In this document: positions 1 through 7,111 of the stretch, piece after piece
Layout of the letters: the number at the start of each line of letters is the position of its first letter
Position numbering within the stretch: position 1 is the first letter of the stretch
Assembly (NCBI GenBank): GCA_030672255.1
Contig: DAOVGU010000202.1
Coordinates: forward strand, 1-40,849
DNA from: a bacterium
GTDB taxonomy: Bacteria; Ratteibacteria; UBA8468
DNA: 40,849 nt
Direction: 5' to 3'
Translations under genes and position numbers: made by a program
The notes under the pieces: generated by a model
Databases searched by the model: none
Told to the model about the DNA's origin: nothing
What the model saw: the letters and a program-made list of their open reading frames with translations, nothing else

Positions 1-150
1 GTCAAAGAACTAACAGACGCTATTAAACAATACATTGAAGCCAATAATAAAAATCCAAGATCATTTGTCTGGATAAAGACAGCAAATGAAATTCTTGCAA
101 AGTCACAAAAGTGTAAAGATGTTTCAGTTACAGGACACTAGGTGCCTACA
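1..150 (+). mobile_element. IS630-family insertion sequence, right end (transposase C-terminus, partial at window edge)
   Basis: Frame +1 is open from nt 1 to TAG at 139-141: VKELTDAIKQYIEANNKNPRSFVWIKTANEILAKSQKCKDVSVTGH. The NPxxFxW.KTA.EIL tail is the typical C-terminus of IS630-type transposases. The element end must lie within about 10 nt of the stop, because methyltransferase-like coding sequence on the other strand resumes at about 150. Confidence 0.7.
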
Positions 151-744
151 CTCTATCAATGTGGTTCCACTTCCAACAAAGGTATCAACTACCCATTCAC
201 CTTTTTTAGTATACCTCATCATCAATTGATGGGGTATTTGAGGAATAAAATTTCCCCAATATCCGGCGCAATGTGCACCAGAGCTATCCCGCTTATCTAA
301 TATCCATAGACTATCCGTAAGTATATCTGTATATTCTTTCCATCTATTTAAATTTATATCGTTGACTTTACTCGTCTTAATTTCAGTAACTCCTTTTTTG
401 AGACGCTCTAAATAATATCCAGCCCTCTCGATTGTCTGCGCCTCTCGTATTTGTTTCAATTCTTCAAGTAGTGGTCCCTTTTTTAAAACAACCGTATCTC
501 CATTCGTGTCAATGTTCCGCAACCCCATATTGTCGTTTTTGGGATAATTTACTACAGTAGAAATGGAATATACTTTTTTCTTTAATGAAGTTATCTCTTT
601 ATCCTTCAGTGCCCCTTCTACTTCTTCTATAAATTTGACCTTATTTATGATAATGTCTTTTTTCCAATCATAAGACTCTTTTTGTAAGTCAACGGACAAA
701 TCTAATACTTGATTATTAGTTTTCACTTCCTTTTCCTCCCTCAT
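124..744 (-). pseudogene. N6/N4 DNA methyltransferase-like gene, 3' end truncated by the IS630 insertion
   Basis: The C-terminal part reads TDSLWILDKRD..HCAGYWGNFIPQIPHQLMMRYTKKGEWVVDTFVGSGTTLIEC, which matches motif X plus SAM motif I (FxGSGTT). The last 7 codons (RHLVSCN) are read antisense through the transposase stop. No (D/N/S)PP(Y/F) catalytic motif is present in the retained 206 aa. Confidence 0.6.
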
Positions 745-768
745 ATTTTACGCTTGTTATTCCATCCC

Positions 769-799
769 AATGTCGCAAAAGTAGTAGTTTTGCGACATT
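769..799 (-). terminator. perfect 12-bp stem / 7-nt loop hairpin directly after the 4-TM gene stop
   Basis: aatgtcgcaaaa-gtagtag-ttttgcgacatt. There is no clear U-tract on the minus strand, so terminator function is uncertain. Confidence 0.35.
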
Positions 800-1389
800 T
801 ACTTCTTAAAGTGTACCAATAACAAATAGAACAAAGTCGAGAGCACGATGAATAATGCAATAGTAACATTGACACTGATAAGTAATGAGATACTTCCAGC
901 CTGACAGATCTCTCCAACGATTTTAACGATAACCAGCCCTACCAAGAATGTGGGGAAGACAATTGTGTAAAGAATCCACGCCCAACTTGAAAACAAAGGA
1001 TAGTCATTTAGATATGACTTGCCTTCCCGTGTAAATACCTTATTCGCATACTCGGCACTTAATTGTTCTTCAATCTGGTGAATGTATTTGTATTGCCTCT
1101 CGATATGTACTACTGTCTGGAAGTATCGAATAACGAGACTCAGTAACCCAAACCAGAGAATGCTCCCAATGAATGTTATGTTTATTGGAGACTTCAACTC
1201 AAGCTTCTTGGTGATAAACTGCGAAACGGCTTCACCGAATTCTGACGGTGAATGAACCTGGAAGAGCATAAGTGTTACTACGATCAAGATAAAGAGAAAC
1301 AACCTGTCCCGAAGTTTTATATATTCCTGAATGTAAAAAAAAGTATCTTTGTAGTGGTCATGCAGTAATTGCAGTTTAGCGTCTTCCAT
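799..1389 (-). CDS. small integral membrane protein, 4 predicted TM helices (candidate effector partner of the TIR-like protein)
   Basis: Hydrophobic stretches: LFLFILIVVTLMLFQV, ITFIGSILWFGLLSLVIRYF, WAWILYTIVFPTFLVGLVIVKIV and ISLLISVNVTIALFIVLSTLFYLLLV. GGGGAG lies upstream of the ATG, and the gene starts 20 nt downstream of the TIR-like gene. I recognise no known soluble domain. Confidence 0.7.
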   Translation of the reverse strand: MEDAKLQLLHDHYKDTFFYIQEYIKLRDRLFLFILIVVTLMLFQVHSPSEFGEAVSQFITKKLELKSPINITFIGSILWFGLLSLVIRYFQTVVHIERQYKYIHQIEEQLSAEYANKVFTREGKSYLNDYPLFSSWAWILYTIVFPTFLVGLVIVKIVGEICQAGSISLLISVNVTIALFIVLSTLFYLLLVHFKK

Positions 1390-1409
1390 TGATAGAAAAG
1401 TACTCCCCG

Positions 1410-1838
1410 TTAATTAGCTTCATTGAGTGCTTTGATAATTGCATCTTCTGTAAAGCTCATAGCCCAAGAAGCACCCGCACCGATAATTTCGTCCGGCGAT
1501 TCATAACTTTTGTCGATCTTGACTGCGGCAATCTTATTTGAGTTTTGTTTGCTTTGATAAATCTCAAAATTGAGCCAATTCTTAAAGCCAATCAGCTTAG
1601 AATGTTTGTGCGTCTTGTTTGCTTCCTTCCCCACTATTACAAGCGTGTGTGTTGCAGAATTTATCTTAGCTGTTATGGCCGCCTTGATCCGACCGATATT
1701 AGTAGTGTCAATTTCATCCGGGGTTTTGTCGCTAAAAACGAAATCAAAATCTGGATTTGCATCCCAAGCCTCAAGCAGATACTTATAGCGCTTATCATTA
1801 TCATAATCAAAACTCACAAAAACTTTTTTCTTTGCCAT
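1410..1838 (-). CDS. TIR-like domain protein (DUF1863 / ThsB-type)
   Basis: KKVFVSFDYDNDKRYKYLL...HTLVIVGKEANKTHKHSKLIGFKNWLNFEIYQS...KIAAVKID follows the flavodoxin-like pattern of ThsB/MTH538 TIR-like proteins. That pattern is beta1 VFVSF, then hydrophobic beta LVIVG, then W..xEI with a candidate catalytic Glu. An AGGGAGG RBS lies 6 nt upstream of the ATG. Confidence 0.7.
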   Translation of the reverse strand: MAKKKVFVSFDYDNDKRYKYLLEAWDANPDFDFVFSDKTPDEIDTTNIGRIKAAITAKINSATHTLVIVGKEANKTHKHSKLIGFKNWLNFEIYQSKQNSNKIAAVKIDKSYESPDEIIGAGASWAMSFTEDAIIKALNEAN

Positions 1839-1916
1839 GACTGCCTCCCTTTATTTTAAATTACATCTACCCATTTTATCTTTTCTTTTTCAACCTTTCC
1901 GTCCGCTGGTTGGGTA

Positions 1917-2198
1917 TTATTTCCCTTTTTCGTTATACTTCGGCTCAGATCGAGCAATAATTCGCGCCTCTGCCTTCTCTGCTTCCTTAATGCTCGACAT
2001 CTGTTTAATCTGAACCTTTGAACCTGAGATTTTACCATCTTCCAAGTGTTCTTCAATTCGCTCTTGAACACGCCCTTTCTTGGCTACGCCAACATAATTT
2101 GTTTTCCCACTGTCAGTCTGAATTTTGTAGACTACCGGCTTGTTATTCGGCAATTTTGACGCGCCACTTTGGTTGAATGGTACCGTTTTTCTTGCCAT
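1917..2198 (-). CDS. minimal GIY-YIG domain nuclease-family protein (93 aa from the RBS-supported ATG)
   Basis: VVYKI (GIY) ... NYVGV (YIG) ... RVQERIEEH (Arg) ... EAEKAEARII (Glu) ... PKYN (Asn). An AAGGAGGGAAG RBS precedes the internal ATG (MARKTVPF), so the ORF-track start at 2225 is probably too long. Confidence 0.7.
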   Translation of the reverse strand: MARKTVPFNQSGASKLPNNKPVVYKIQTDSGKTNYVGVAKKGRVQERIEEHLEDGKISGSKVQIKQMSSIKEAEKAEARIIARSEPKYNEKGK

Positions 2199-2316
2199 GG
2201 ATCTTCCCTCCTTTTTTTGCTCCACACTCTTGTTGGAGCTATTTTTAGTCTTTCATTAATTGTTATTGTTCCTCATCGCTCGTCACTTTAAGATCTTTTT
2301 GTCTCTACAAATTAAA

Positions 2317-2545
2317 CTATCTTTCCGCTAACATCTCCGCTGTTTCTTCTGAATCTTCCGGGAACACATCAACATAATATCTCAGTGTCGTTGTTATCTG
2401 AATTCCCTAAATATCGTTGAACCAATTTAGCATTTTTAAACTTCTTTAGAAGTCTTGTCCCGACCGTATGTCTTAAAGCATACGGCGTGAGCGATTCTCC
2501 CTTTTTAACACCTCGTCTTGCCTCATTATTCTGAATTTTAGCATT
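2317..2545 (-). pseudogene. tyrosine recombinase/integrase remnant (5'-truncated and frameshifted)
   Basis: ARRGVKKGESLTPYALRHTVGTRLLKKFKNAKLVQRYLGNSD matches the integrase box II region. After a 1-nt frameshift near 2385 the reading continues as TLRYYVDVFPEDSEETAEMLAER*, carrying the catalytic-Tyr motif. Nothing resembling the N-terminal two-thirds of an integrase is present. Confidence 0.65.
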
Positions 2546-2995
2546 ATAGGGGGGCTCTGTCAAGCATTTGTAAAGTGGAATGATCAAATTCTTTTAAAAT
2601 TCTGACATAAGAGATATAAGAAAAAAAGATTTCTCCGAAAAGAAGATTATAGTAAGATTAACGGGTTCTTTTCTCTATTTCTTTGAGGGTTTGTTTGAGG
2701 AGTTTTTGGGTCTTGCCGTATTTAGCCCAGTCACCCTTCTTTAAGGATTCCACACCCGCCTGATAGTAGTTCAATGCCTGCCTGACCAATGCTGAAACCT
2801 GCTTGCCGGTAGGCAGGGTTGGCTCTTCTCTTTTGGGAGTTTCTGCTATCCTGAATGTCCCGGCCAGAAGAGAGGATAGGGTAGCATCCAGGCTTTCGCC
2901 TATTACAACCTCATTCGCCTGGCCAAGGATGATGCGCTTGAATTCGGGAAGTTCTCCCTGCTCGGCCTTGAGGTAAAGAGGCTCTGCGTAAAGAA
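2500..2995 (-). repeat. copy B of a ~0.5-0.6 kb segment (UPF0182 3' end + downstream spacer + start of integrase remnant)
   Basis: Aligns with 3912-4535. It shares identical runs such as agaggatagggtagcatccaggctttcgcc and ccaaggatgatgcgcttgaattcgggaagttctccctgctcggcctt, with diverged sequence between them. Confidence 0.85.
2658..2995 (-). pseudogene. orphan duplicated 3' fragment of the UPF0182 gene (last ~110 codons)
   Basis: YAEPLYLKAEQGELPEFKRIILGQ...VSALVRQALNYYQAGVESLKKGDWAKYG.TQKLL.QTL..IEKRT is near-identical to the C-terminus of the 933-aa protein. Sequence 5' of ~2995 is unrelated, so the listed 156-aa ORF is not a real gene. Confidence 0.85.
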
Positions 2996-3093
2996 AAATT
3001 GGGTATAAGTGTAGTAGGGGGTAGTAGGGGTGAGAATTTTCAATGGGAATCTGCGGTTGCCCACTGTTTGCGCAGTGGGCCGGTCGCACCAAA

Positions 3094-3136
3094 TAAAAAA
3101 AGCCGACACTACAGGATTTCTCCTGCAATGTCGGCT
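3094..3136 (-). terminator. rho-independent terminator downstream of the 174-aa gene
   Basis: The minus strand reads agccgacattgcaggagaaatcctgtagtgtcggc followed by ttttttttatttgg (hairpin plus T-run). Confidence 0.7.
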
Positions 3137-3242
3137 ACGAGTTTTTCGATTACCGACTTACTCCTTCTCAACAGAGGGAAATAAATCTATTTTTCAGTTA
3201 TCTATTGTGATTATGCCTCAAATTTAACGATTTGTCAATTGA

Positions 3243-3767
3243 TTATTTAGTAGAAGGCACTATTTTTTTCTGTATTTCATCAAGACTTTTAATAAACTTT
3301 TGTATGGTATCGCGCTCAAAGGAAATAATCCGCAAAATTTCTTGTTTATTAATATTGCCGTCATTGTAATCTTTTATTGATTTATTTATAAAAAGTTCCG
3401 TGCCTTGATTCATGTGTTCTAATATTGTAGCAATAAGATTAAGATCCTCTGTACTCAATTTTTCATAGAGAAACCCTTGATTAAAATAACTAAGAGTGAA
3501 TAAACGTTGGTAATTCACATATTTAGGGTAATAAAAAACTTTATCCTCAACGCCTATTTTTTCTATGGTTTTGGTTAAATCTTCGAGGGTTTTTTCTAAA
3601 TATTTTTTATTGAAATTAAATTCACATCTAAGATTTTTCTCAAGTAACTTCTTTGCTGCATCTTTAGTCCATTTATTTGTCAGATGAAAAAGCAGGATAG
3701 AAAAAATAAAGGCTAAGAATACTCCAATAAATGTAGGGAATGCTAATTGCCAGAATGTCATACTCAA
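3243..3767 (-). CDS. hypothetical N-terminally membrane-anchored protein (AT-rich cargo gene)
   Basis: One N-terminal TM (FWQLAFPTFIGVFLAFIFSILLFHL) is followed by a Lys/Glu-rich helical region. It has an AAGGAG RBS and its own terminator. It lies between the two UPF0182 3'-end copies. I recognise no family. Confidence 0.6.
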   Translation of the reverse strand: MSMTFWQLAFPTFIGVFLAFIFSILLFHLTNKWTKDAAKKLLEKNLRCEFNFNKKYLEKTLEDLTKTIEKIGVEDKVFYYPKYVNYQRLFTLSYFNQGFLYEKLSTEDLNLIATILEHMNQGTELFINKSIKDYNDGNINKQEILRIISFERDTIQKFIKSLDEIQKKIVPSTK

Positions 3768-3911
3768 TCTCCTTTTTGGCTACTCCTTCTCCACACTGAT
3801 ATTTTATCCTCTTTCCCTGCAGAAATCAAGAGCCACTTCTCAATTACATTACCTTTCTCATCCCTAACCGACCAGATGATAGGAACTTCGTTTTTCTGGC
3901 CAGCAGCAGCA

Positions 3912-4535
3912 TCTTTTTGACACCTCATCTTGCCTCATTATTCTGAATTGTGTCGATATTCTCCTTGGAAGTTGAGATGATATCCAGCATTGCTTTTCTT
4001 CGCTTGCGACACAATGGTGAGTAATTAAGCAAGAATAACAAGGATGTATCGCAATTTTAGTATTATAGGGGGGCTCTGTCAAGTATTTGTATTGTATCTA
4101 AAATTTCGACATAAGAAAAAAAGGGTTCTCCGAAAAGAAGGTTATGGGAGGATTAATGTGTTCTTTTCTCTATTGCTTGGAGGGTTTGTTGGAGGAGTTT
4201 TTGGGTCTCGCCATACTTAGCCCAGTCACCCTTTTTTAAGGATTCCACACCAGCCTGGTAGTAGTTTAGAGCCTGCCTGACTAAAGCGGATACAGATTCT
4301 CCCCCCTCCTCAATCCTCCCCCGCAAGTGGGGAGGAGAAGAAACATCCTCAATCTCCCCCCTCGAGGGAGGAGGTAGGTGGGGGTCTATCTTAAATGTCC
4401 CTGTTAGGAGAGAGGATAGGGTAGCATCCAGGCTTTCGCCCATGACAACTCTATTCCCCTGACCAAGGATGATGCGCTTGAATTCGGGAAGTTCTCCCTG
4501 CTCGGCCTTCAGATAAAGTGGCTCTGCGTAAAGAA
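3912..4535 (-). repeat. copy A of the duplicated segment (functional 3' end of the UPF0182 gene + spacer + short integrase-remnant piece)
   Basis: See copy B. Copy A also carries a 103-nt insertion (3950-4052, bounded by AATT/AATT) and the GC-rich palindromic element at 4297-4386. Confidence 0.85.
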
Positions 4536-6924
4536 TCGATTGCTCGATGGGGATGACAAGCAAATTACCGCGAATGACGGAGGAGCCTCTCTGACCCCAG
4601 AGGGTTAGCTGCTCAGAGATTGTTGGGTTCTGGTCGATACGCGCCTCAATCTGCATCGGACCATAGACCAGTTTGTCCTTGGGAAATTTGTAGAGCAGAA
4701 GGTTTCCGTAATTTTCTCCGTCACAGGCTGCGGCAAGCCAGGCAATCATATTGTTCTTTCCTGTTGGGGTAAATGGCAAAAGAAGAAAAAATTCCTCTTT
4801 TTCTTCTATTTTCAGAATCATATAATAGGGCTCCATTTGCTGTTCGGATGATGTATAAATTTCCCGGGGAATATCCCAGTAGTCCTCCTTGTTATAGAAT
4901 ACCTCAGGATTGCGCATATGGTATGTTCGATATATTTGCGCCTGAATTTTAAACAGTGTCTCCGGATAACGAATGTGTTTTTTTAAGTCTAATGGCATTT
5001 GCGCAAATGGTTTGAACAACGTCGGAAAAATCTTCTGGTAAACGTTGATTAAGGGATCTTCATTGTCCAGGAGATAAAAAGAAACATCTCCATGGTAAGC
5101 ATCAATAATAATCTTAACCGAATTGCGGATGTAGTTAAAACTTTTCTGGTAAGGAGTGGCGTAGGGATACATATTGCTTACCGTGTAAGCATCGAGAATC
5201 CAGAATAATTTTCCTTCCGACGAGATTACAAGATAAGGGTCCTGGTCGTAATGCAGGAAGGGAGCAATTTTTTGGCAACGCTCGCGGATATTACGATAGA
5301 GCATAATTCTGCTTTCAGGTGTAATATTCCGCGTCAAAAGCAGTTTAAAGTCAAGGTATTTCAGGGAAAGGAGAAGCTTTCTGAAAGTGGAGGAGATCGG
5401 TGTTCCTCCTTTACCTTCATAAAAGGTATAGATATTCTTATCCCCTTTGGGATAATCAAATTCCTTAGTCTTTGTCTTTACGATGCAGTAGTTGTCGGTT
5501 AACTCCCCGTAGTAGATTTCCGGTCTTTTTACCTTAAGATTAGATTCAGATACGGGAGGGATATCTTTAATCAGGAGGCTGGGAAATCCTTCTCTGGTAA
5601 CCTCCCCTACGGGAGAAAGAACAACTCCATAGCCATGCGTATACTTCATCCGCTCATTGATCCAGGTCCTGGCTTTTTGCGGAATCTTAGATTGATTCAG
5701 TTCTCTTGCCGAAAGAAATACCTGTCGGTACTCTCCATTAATTTCGTAGCGGTCGATATCTACATTGGGAAAATCATAGTAAAGACGCAATCCCTGAAGC
5801 TGGCGATATGTTGCCTTCAGAGGTCTTGGGTCCCAGAGCCTGATATTCTTGATGATTGCTTTGTTCCTTTTGACCTCTTCGATTGTAAGGCTTTCTTTCA
5901 AGGGAAATTTTCTCTCCTTAATTTTAGTTAACCCATAGGCGAGGGTTGTATATTTAATGTTATGCTCAATATAAGGGCTCTCCTTTAAAATCTCATTTGG
6001 CTCCACAACCATCTTTTGCAGGATTGTCGGATAGATGCTCTGAAGGATGAGGGAGACACCAATCAAGGCTCCGATGCCGTATAGGGCGGGCTTGATTGTG
6101 CGCTGCCAAAGAAATGTAAAGATTGAAACTGCGCAGAGGATAGAAAGCACGATAAGTGCCTTTAAACCAATTAATCGCGCATGAATATCGGCATAACCGG
6201 CACCAAAGACTACTCCCTGCGAGGAGAAAAGAAGCCCATAGATATTGAGCCGATATTGCCAGGCTTTCAGCAAAATAAAAACAGCGATTAAAGCGAGGAT
6301 ATGATTTTTTACATATTGCTCAACTCTCAAGCGATTAAAATCTATCCTGATGGCTCCCTTAAGCCCATAAAGAGCAAGAGTTAAAAGAGTAATAAAGAAG
6401 ATAGAACCGGAAAGCCAGTTCTGGATAAAGGAAAAGAAGGGAAGGGAGAAGAGATAAAAACCAATATCTTTCTGAAAAATGGGATCAGCAATTCCCACGT
6501 TCACCCGGTTGAAATAGGCAAGGACAATTTCCCAGCGCTTCATTTGAGAAATTCCCACAAGGAAAGCAATAAATAAGGAGCAGAGGAGTAGGAAACGAGG
6601 TTCCGTCAGAACTTTAAGTAGTTTTCCCAGCTGATACAGTTCGGGTGGAATCTGGAATCTCTCAGAGAAATCTTGCTCAGAACTTGGAGAAAGGCGGGCT
6701 GCTAAAAGAAGGTTAAGATAGAGAAGAAAAAAGAAAAGAAGAGAAAAGAGTAAAGCAATTTCAATTCTGGTGAAGAAAATCTTTGTAAATACAGGCAGGT
6801 AATTCAGAGTCTTAAACCAGATAAAATTTACATAAAAGTTTATTAGGGCTCTGTTTGTCACCAACCCTAACAATAGCAATCCTGCCAACACCCAACCAAC
6901 CTTTCTTTTTAGCATTGATTGCAT
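4153..6924 (-). CDS. UPF0182-family large membrane protein
   Basis: About 920 aa. The N-terminal third has multiple TM helices, followed by a large soluble domain and a conserved YAEPLYLKAE...LPE.KRII block near the C-terminus. The track start at 6954 is a TTG inside an intergenic hairpin; the ATGs at 6924 and 6915 (MQSMLKRK) are more likely. Confidence 0.8.
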   Translation of the reverse strand: MQSMLKRKVGWVLAGLLLLGLVTNRALINFYVNFIWFKTLNYLPVFTKIFFTRIEIALLFSLLFFFLLYLNLLLAARLSPSSEQDFSERFQIPPELYQLGKLLKVLTEPRFLLLCSLFIAFLVGISQMKRWEIVLAYFNRVNVGIADPIFQKDIGFYLFSLPFFSFIQNWLSGSIFFITLLTLALYGLKGAIRIDFNRLRVEQYVKNHILALIAVFILLKAWQYRLNIYGLLFSSQGVVFGAGYADIHARLIGLKALIVLSILCAVSIFTFLWQRTIKPALYGIGALIGVSLILQSIYPTILQKMVVEPNEILKESPYIEHNIKYTTLAYGLTKIKERKFPLKESLTIEEVKRNKAIIKNIRLWDPRPLKATYRQLQGLRLYYDFPNVDIDRYEINGEYRQVFLSARELNQSKIPQKARTWINERMKYTHGYGVVLSPVGEVTREGFPSLLIKDIPPVSESNLKVKRPEIYYGELTDNYCIVKTKTKEFDYPKGDKNIYTFYEGKGGTPISSTFRKLLLSLKYLDFKLLLTRNITPESRIMLYRNIRERCQKIAPFLHYDQDPYLVISSEGKLFWILDAYTVSNMYPYATPYQKSFNYIRNSVKIIIDAYHGDVSFYLLDNEDPLINVYQKIFPTLFKPFAQMPLDLKKHIRYPETLFKIQAQIYRTYHMRNPEVFYNKEDYWDIPREIYTSSEQQMEPYYMILKIEEKEEFFLLLPFTPTGKNNMIAWLAAACDGENYGNLLLYKFPKDKLVYGPMQIEARIDQNPTISEQLTLWGQRGSSVIRGNLLVIPIEQSILYAEPLYLKAEQGELPEFKRIILGQGNRVVMGESLDATLSSLLTGTFKIDPHLPPPSRGEIEDVSSPPHLRGRIEEGGESVSALVRQALNYYQAGVESLKKGDWAKYGETQKLLQQTLQAIEKRTH
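4297..4386 (-). repeat. GC-rich palindromic element, copy 1 (in frame inside the UPF0182 gene)
   Basis: Sense strand: cccccacctacctcctccctcgaggggggag...cctccccacttgcgggggagg. It encodes DPHLPPPSRGEIEDVSSPPHLRGRIEEGGES and replaces 16 unrelated residues present in pseudogene copy B. Confidence 0.8.
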
Positions 6925-6944
6925 AGGAATTTCAAAGCAAATCA

Positions 6945-7011
6945 GGCAAAGCAAGCTTTGCCACTACATAGACAAAATAAATATGTAGTTGCCGTCCCTG
7001 CGGAAGCAGGG
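6945..7011. repeat. three consecutive intergenic hairpins
   Basis: ggcaaagc-aa-gctttgcc, then actacata-N11-tatgtagt, then ccctgc-ggaa-gcaggg. The ctacat-type hairpin recurs at 39036-39055. Confidence 0.7.
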
Positions 7012-7111
7012 ATTGCTCGGCTATGTTCTTTCTACTAACTCTTGCTTATTTTTTCTGATGGTGGTATCTTACCATATAGGAAACTTTTACACAAGAGCAA
7101 CATAATTGAAT

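Noticed and set aside
1545-2071. Plus-strand ORFs 1545-1859 and 1570-1788, and minus-strand ORF 1856-2071.
   Set aside because: They overlap the TIR-like and GIY-YIG genes in other frames or on the other strand. They have low-complexity or Cys/Arg-rich composition and no recognisable motifs or RBS.
2540-2566. The minus strand reads TTGACA-gagcccccc-TATAAT here and at 4058-4084, which looks like a perfect promoter.
   Set aside because: The spacer is only 9 nt, far from the 16-18 nt needed for a sigma70-type promoter. It is probably coincidental or part of the duplicated att-like segment.
3011-3030. A tandem direct repeat gtagtagggg x2 lies at the inner border of copy B; it could be an integrase arm site.
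   Set aside because: It is only two 10-nt units with no further copies seen in the window, too little to support a functional call.
2658-3128. The 156-aa ORF listed on the minus strand could be read as a real gene.
   Set aside because: Only its C-terminal ~110 codons are homologous to anything (the UPF0182 3' end). The N-terminal part is read-through of unrelated spacer that includes a terminator. I treat it as an orphan gene fragment.
5251-5931. Plus-strand ORFs inside the UPF0182 gene (5251-5502, 5635-5931), and similar shadow ORFs inside murJ, uvrC, the Wza-like gene, the ABC gene and the QueG-like genes.
   Set aside because: They are antisense shadow ORFs within well-supported long genes and have no motif support.
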